Shown here one piece after another: positions 59,131 through 64,000 of a DNA stretch of 64,000 bases. Numbering within the stretch: position 1 is the first letter of the stretch; every line of letters begins with the position of its first letter. The notes under the pieces are model-generated. The model was not told the origin of the DNA. It saw nothing but the letters and a program-made list of their open reading frames with translations, and ran no database searches. The stretch spans positions 2,755,111 to 2,819,110 of the forward strand of contig MU058824.1 of assembly GCA_013265495.1 (NCBI GenBank), written 5' to 3'. The DNA is from Vicugna vicugna. Lineage: Eukaryota. Position numbers and translations under genes: made by a program.

Positions 59131-61844
59131 CCCCCAACTAACTATTAATCAGAAAGATGAAGAAAGGGCCAGGGAGGTAAATATATCAGTTAAGAAATCG
59201 GCTCCTACCAGGAAAGACAGGGAGCAGGGCCACTCCCAACCTGCTGAGGCAATAACTCATCCCTCCCTTTGATCCTTTAATGCAAAGGAGGGGCATCCGG
59301 AGCCCAACAGGGACACTTTCTCACTCCCCTCTCCAACCGTCTTGTCCATCAGTCTTGTGGAGTCAGAGGGGCTTGATGGTGGAAGCTGCATCCCAACTGT
59401 GGAGAGTGAGGATGAGTACCCTGCTAGCAGGAACATCAAAGGTAAAAATGTTCGACCCTGGAAAAATGTTGTGGCCAGCTTGAAAGAAGCGTTCTACTGA
59501 AGTGTGGTGATGACAGTGGGATGAGGTCCAGCACTGATGGATAACGGACAGATTAGAGTGGTAGGGCCCAAATTCTAACTAGAAGTTTGTGGGGTTTGTT
59601 TGTTGATTTTTTCCCAAGGACTCTATCTTGCTTTCTTTAATGTTTCTATTTGGCTCTTAATAAGGATTGTTATGGAAAGGCTTACTAAACTTCCTTGAAG
59701 TGAAGTAGACCCACCTGGCAGGTCCTACCATGCAGCCCCATGCTGGGGGTGGGGGTGCTTGCTCTAATTATAGGAAATTCTCCTGGGAGGAAAAGAACAA
59801 AGGATACTCTCCCAGTGCACATAGAACCCAGCAAAGGGACCATCCATGTGACCAAGAAGGGATCTCGGGCCTCAGGACTGGGAGAGGGGCATTCAAGGAA
59901 AGGATGGTGGGCTCCACTGAGACCATTTCCCCTGCTGACCAGGCTCAATGGTGGCCTCTCTCCTGGCTTAGGTTGGTGGGCCCATGGCAAAGCAGAGGAG
60001 TGCATTGGTGAGGACCAGCCCCGGCTCCATGGCCAACTCACCCTGGGATCTTGGGCAAAGCCCTTCCTATGTCTGGGCCTCAGTTTCCCAAACTGTACAA
60101 GGATGGGCCTGGGGTGGCTGAGGTCAAAGTCACCATGAAGCTGGCAGTGATGAGCTTTGATGCACAGTCTAAGACAGGACCCTCTCCGCCTACCTTTATT
60201 TTCTCCTTCTAGGGGAAAAGTGGGCGTAATCAAGGGTGTCATCTTTGGGTGAGAGAAGTGGGGGCAAGGGAAGGGGAATCCACCTCAAAAGCTACCCTGG
60301 GAGAGATGTTACCAGAGAATAGGGGGGACGTCTCCAGGGCTCTGACAGAGGTCCCCTGAAGGCCTCTTTGGTGATCTCTGGCTCTAAAATTTAAGTCTCT
60401 TAATCAAGAAAAGAGGAAGGGGAGATGATGAGAGAATAGAAGAGAGCTTTCCACCCTGCAGGCTGATGTTGAATTAAAATTACAAGGAGAAAATTCAAGG
60501 GCACCCTGCCTCTCTACGCCGCAGAGTAAGTCCTCATCCCAGGAAAAGCACCTGCCTACACAAGCCACTTTAACTGCTGCCGCCCGTAAGCATCCTCAGA
60601 GGCTGTTTTAAGCCCTCAGAGTGAGGAGGCCTTCAAAGGAGCACTGAGGCCCAGAGATGGGAATGATGGACCCACAGCATCACAGTGAGCAGGTCGGCGA
60701 GTTGGGCCTTGCACCCAGGTCTCCTGCCCCCAGATCTATGTGGTTTCCACTGCCCCATGGCCGAGTATCCTTACACTGTCTTCTCTGGGCTCTTGCTATA
60801 ATTCATGTACATTCTGCAGTGAAAATGGCAGGGAGAGATCCTGCAGGGATTGGTAATTTTTCACCATGGGTGGCACTGAGGCTTCTCTGTTCCCTGGAGG
60901 AGGGAAATGAAGGGTTGATTAAGTACTCGGAACATCCCTGCCTGTGGACCATTTAATAAGTGCCTCGTCCATCTCTCAGGCATCAGAACAGACATTTGGT
61001 CTGCTAATCCAATTTGGCCAGCCTCTCCAAGGCTGCTGTCGCTGGCTGCTGGGCGCCATTTTGTTTGATGTGTTAGGAAATGCAAGCTTCCTGCACTTGC
61101 CCTCACTACTGCTTGATTAATTACAAAAGAGACCTCTCCCTTTGCATTAACTTCCAGTACAGACAGAGCAACCCACAAAAGTCCAACAAGCTTTGAGGAT
61201 CTGGTGATGACCCAGCCATTCCCTTGATTCTCCCAGCATAATTGCTGGATCTGAATAAATCAGCAGAGACTAGGCCTGGGGTCTGAAATTCTTTACCCTC
61301 TGAAGCGTGAACTATGCTATGCTGTCCACTTAGCAGGAGGAAATCTAGAAGGAGGAGCCACAGAAAACCATTCCAGCATCTTGTACAAAAATCAATGAGA
61401 CATTATCGTTTTGTTAAGCAATATACCTTATTTGGATGTGGAATCAGTGCCCAGTGCCATCTGTTTCTCTCAGCGAACAAGATCTCCATGAGTTATTGGG
61501 ACTTCTCTTTGCTTGGCCACTAGGAAGCTCAAAGTTAAATGCAATTTCGTGGTTTCAGATGTAAAGGTTTTCCTGCACACTCAGTATAGTTTCTGACCTC
61601 CTTTTTAGTAGATATTTTTAACCATTAAATCATGTGTTTTCCTTTTTTAAAAAAAATGACTGAATTTATCATTTTGCTATATAAACTTGCTTATGCTGTT
61701 AGAAAGTTTCCTTATTTCTTTTTTATAGAGAATTATCTTGGGAAAAAAGATGGAATGGACATTTCTTTTTGCCTCACAGTATCCATCTTCAAAAGGGACA
61801 ACCAGGATTTTCCTCTGAGGGCCTATGTACCCACTTTTAGTCCA

Positions 61845-62270
61845 AGTGGTCTAGGTAGACCCTTACTCTCTGGTCCAGCAATGGGCATTGCATTTCTTGG
61901 GCCATGGTGATTGGGTTGGAGAGACCCCTTAACCTAAGGTGGTCCAATCAGAGTGAACATCAGAACTGCTGGGAATACGAGGCAAAGCTTCTTGTCCCTT
62001 TCTGCTGGGTTTGAATGTGAAAGGATGTAGCCCAAGGACTGCCAGAAGTTATCTTGTAACCCAAAGGGGAAAACCTGTCTGAGAATGAGTCAACCTTGAG
62101 GAGGAGGAACTGAGAGACAGAGAAACAAAGAAATGTACCCTGATAGTATCTGAGATCCTATATCCAGCTATACCTGAAGCTGGCTCTACCCCTGGACTGT
62201 GCAGGGATGTGAGCCAATACATTGACTTTGGGTCAGATTTCCAATCACTTGCAGCCAAAAGAGCCCTGAG
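61845..62270 (+). mobile_element. MaLR LTR (MLT1K/L-like)
   Basis: gggccatggtgattggg...ggtccaatcagagtgaa...tccagctatacctgaagc...tgtgagccaatacatt...tcacttgcagccaaaagagccctga. Confidence 0.75.
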
Positions 62271-62329
62271 TTTCTAGGAGTATGGTAGGCTGTTAACTGT
62301 CCCTGTGCCTCTAGGTCATCTTCTCCCAA

Positions 62330-63165
62330 ATCCTCTCCTCACAAGACCACAGGTGTCCCTGTGACCAGTTTGGTATCCTTTCCATGGAAGTAGTCATGGT
62401 GGCACTTTAGCACCATAATACAAGAGTGGTCAGGCTTTGTCAATGACCTCCCAGGTCTCCTTTCTGAGCACCTCTTGATGGCATCCCTTTCAGTACAGAC
62501 TGAAGGACAGTCTTGTCCTCTCTCCTCTCATGTTGTCATCCCATCTTTTGACCATCTGTCTGTTGATGGCTCCCAAGTCTATATCCAGCCAGGCATCTCT
62601 CGAGCTCTCCACCTGGGTGCCCCCTGCTCCAGGCATATCAGCTTCAATATCTCCCACCTCTGGGAAGGAAACTCAGTCATAGCAGCTTAAAGAATCAGGA
62701 CATGTCTCTTCTCACTCACACTCTGCATCCATTCAACTGATCACCAAGTCTAGGTGAACATCTACGTGATGTCCCTGGAGTCCACTTCTTCCAGGTAGCA
62801 CTGTTTCTGCTTCAGTTCAGGTCAAATCCTGGTCTCCACACTGCTGATCTGCCCCTCCCCAACTTACTCCCCATGCTTCCATCTGAAACTCCTCCTAAAA
62901 TGCTGCCCTCACTTTGCAGCTGCCCTGCTCATAATCCTTAAGGTTTCCTGTCACCAAACTCCTCACCTACATGATCTGGCCCCACAGCAAGAATACTCCA
63001 GCATAAAGTTCATCCTTTCCCACAAACATCTCACACTTCTCTAGCTCCAGTCTTTGCTCACGTAGTTCTCTCACCCTGTCTCAACCTACTGATTTCTACT
63101 CATCTGTCAAAGCCCAGCTCCAATGTGCTCTCCTTTAAGAAATCTTTTAACTTCCCCCACTTTAG
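62330..63165 (+). mobile_element. L2 LINE fragment
   Basis: caatgacctcc...ctgttgatggctcccaagtctatatccagcc...atcaccaagtc...catgatctggcccc...aaagcccagctccaatg. Confidence 0.7.
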
Positions 63166-63178
63166 GAATCAAATCATA

Positions 63179-63442
63179 TCGCTCATATGTGGAATCTTAA
63201 AAAAAAAAGAACATAAATACAAAACAGAAACAGACTCATAGACATAGAATACAAACTTGTGGTTGCTAAGGGGGAGGAGGGTGGGAAGGGATAAACTGGG
63301 AGTTCAAAATTTGTAGATACTGCATAGCAAAAAATGGGAAATATGTGTATGTTCATGTATAACTGAAAAATTGTGCTCTACACTGGAATTTGACACAACA
63401 TTGTAAAATGACTATCACTCAATAAAAATGTTTAAAAAAAAA
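63179..63442 (+). mobile_element. Short lineage-specific L1 3' UTR with perfect TSD
   Basis: tcgctcatatgtggaatct...caaaacagaaacagactcatagacatagaa...ctcaataaaaatg plus A tail; perfect 13-bp TSD gaatcaaatcata (63166-63178 / 63443-63455). Confidence 0.93.
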
Positions 63443-63819
63443 GAATCAAATCATAGACTACTATAGACAGATATGTTCCCAACCCATTGCTAGAACAATT
63501 ATTTTATAAAATCACATAGGCCCACACTTGACAATTTAAGAACCCAGGACAAATAAAAGAGGAGACCTGCAGCCCACAGCACCTGCTCCTCTCTCTTCCC
63601 ACCCTCTTGCATGACTCCATCCCGAACTGTAAGGATCTTATATACATGTAAGTTTCCTACTCAAGCCCTCATGTCCAAGATCCACTCTGCACCCTCATAT
63701 CCCCTTTCTCACTTGCACAGCTACCCTTTGACCATTCCTTGGGGCTGGGGTGCAGTGACCTTGCAGAAGAGGCCAGTAGGTCCTGAATGCAGGCTTGGTC
63801 CCTTTGGGCAGGAAATTCC

Positions 63820-63950
63820 AGAGTGGAGAGTGCTGAAGTGAGGCCCTGAAATGGCCTGGGCTCTGCGTGGTCCTCATCAGCCCTGTATTTATAACAAGCT
63901 CCCAGGGGATGCAGATGCTGCTGGCTGCAGACCACACTAGGAGTAGCAAG
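63820..63950 (-). mobile_element. MER5A1-like MITE
   Basis: ctgtatttataacaagctcccaggggatgcagatgctgctgg...gaccacactaggagtagcaag. Confidence 0.7.
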
Positions 63951-64000
63951 GGACTGGAGCACCAGGTCCAAGGGTGAATGGATGGTGCACTAGCCGTATG

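Noticed and set aside
59685..60242. 185-aa minus-strand ORF
   Set aside because: Runs through a MIR core (cttgggcaaag...ggcctcagtttcc) and shows no recognisable protein similarity.

Overview
Mammalian non-coding genomic DNA. It is most likely from a camelid: there is a tRNA-Ala-derived Vic-1-like SINE at about 35.1-35.3 kb and artiodactyl-type short L1 3' UTRs, and I recognise no Alu, BovB/Bov-A2 or PRE-1. I find no credible protein-coding gene, tRNA/rRNA gene or CpG island. The ORF track consists of chance ORFs and decayed L1 ORF2 pieces. A large part of the window is fossil transposable elements: L1, L2, CR1/L3, MIR, MaLR (MLT1) and ERVL LTRs, an internally deleted ERV-L provirus, and hAT DNA transposons (Charlie, Zaphod/Tip100, MER5/58/81/91/102/117). 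Several are nested, with visible target-site duplications (TSDs). Between them lie repeat-free, homeodomain-motif-rich blocks (notably about 26.15-26.66 kb and 44.4-45.25 kb) that look like conserved non-coding enhancers of a gene desert or large intron near a developmental gene. The most unexplained segment is a ~1.15-kb element at 13.86-15.01 kb carrying a GCAA-tetraloop hairpin and a well-formed minus-strand candidate exon. I cannot support a novel biological system here. Repeat family names come from recalled consensus motifs, not a database search, and boundaries are approximate unless a TSD is quoted.
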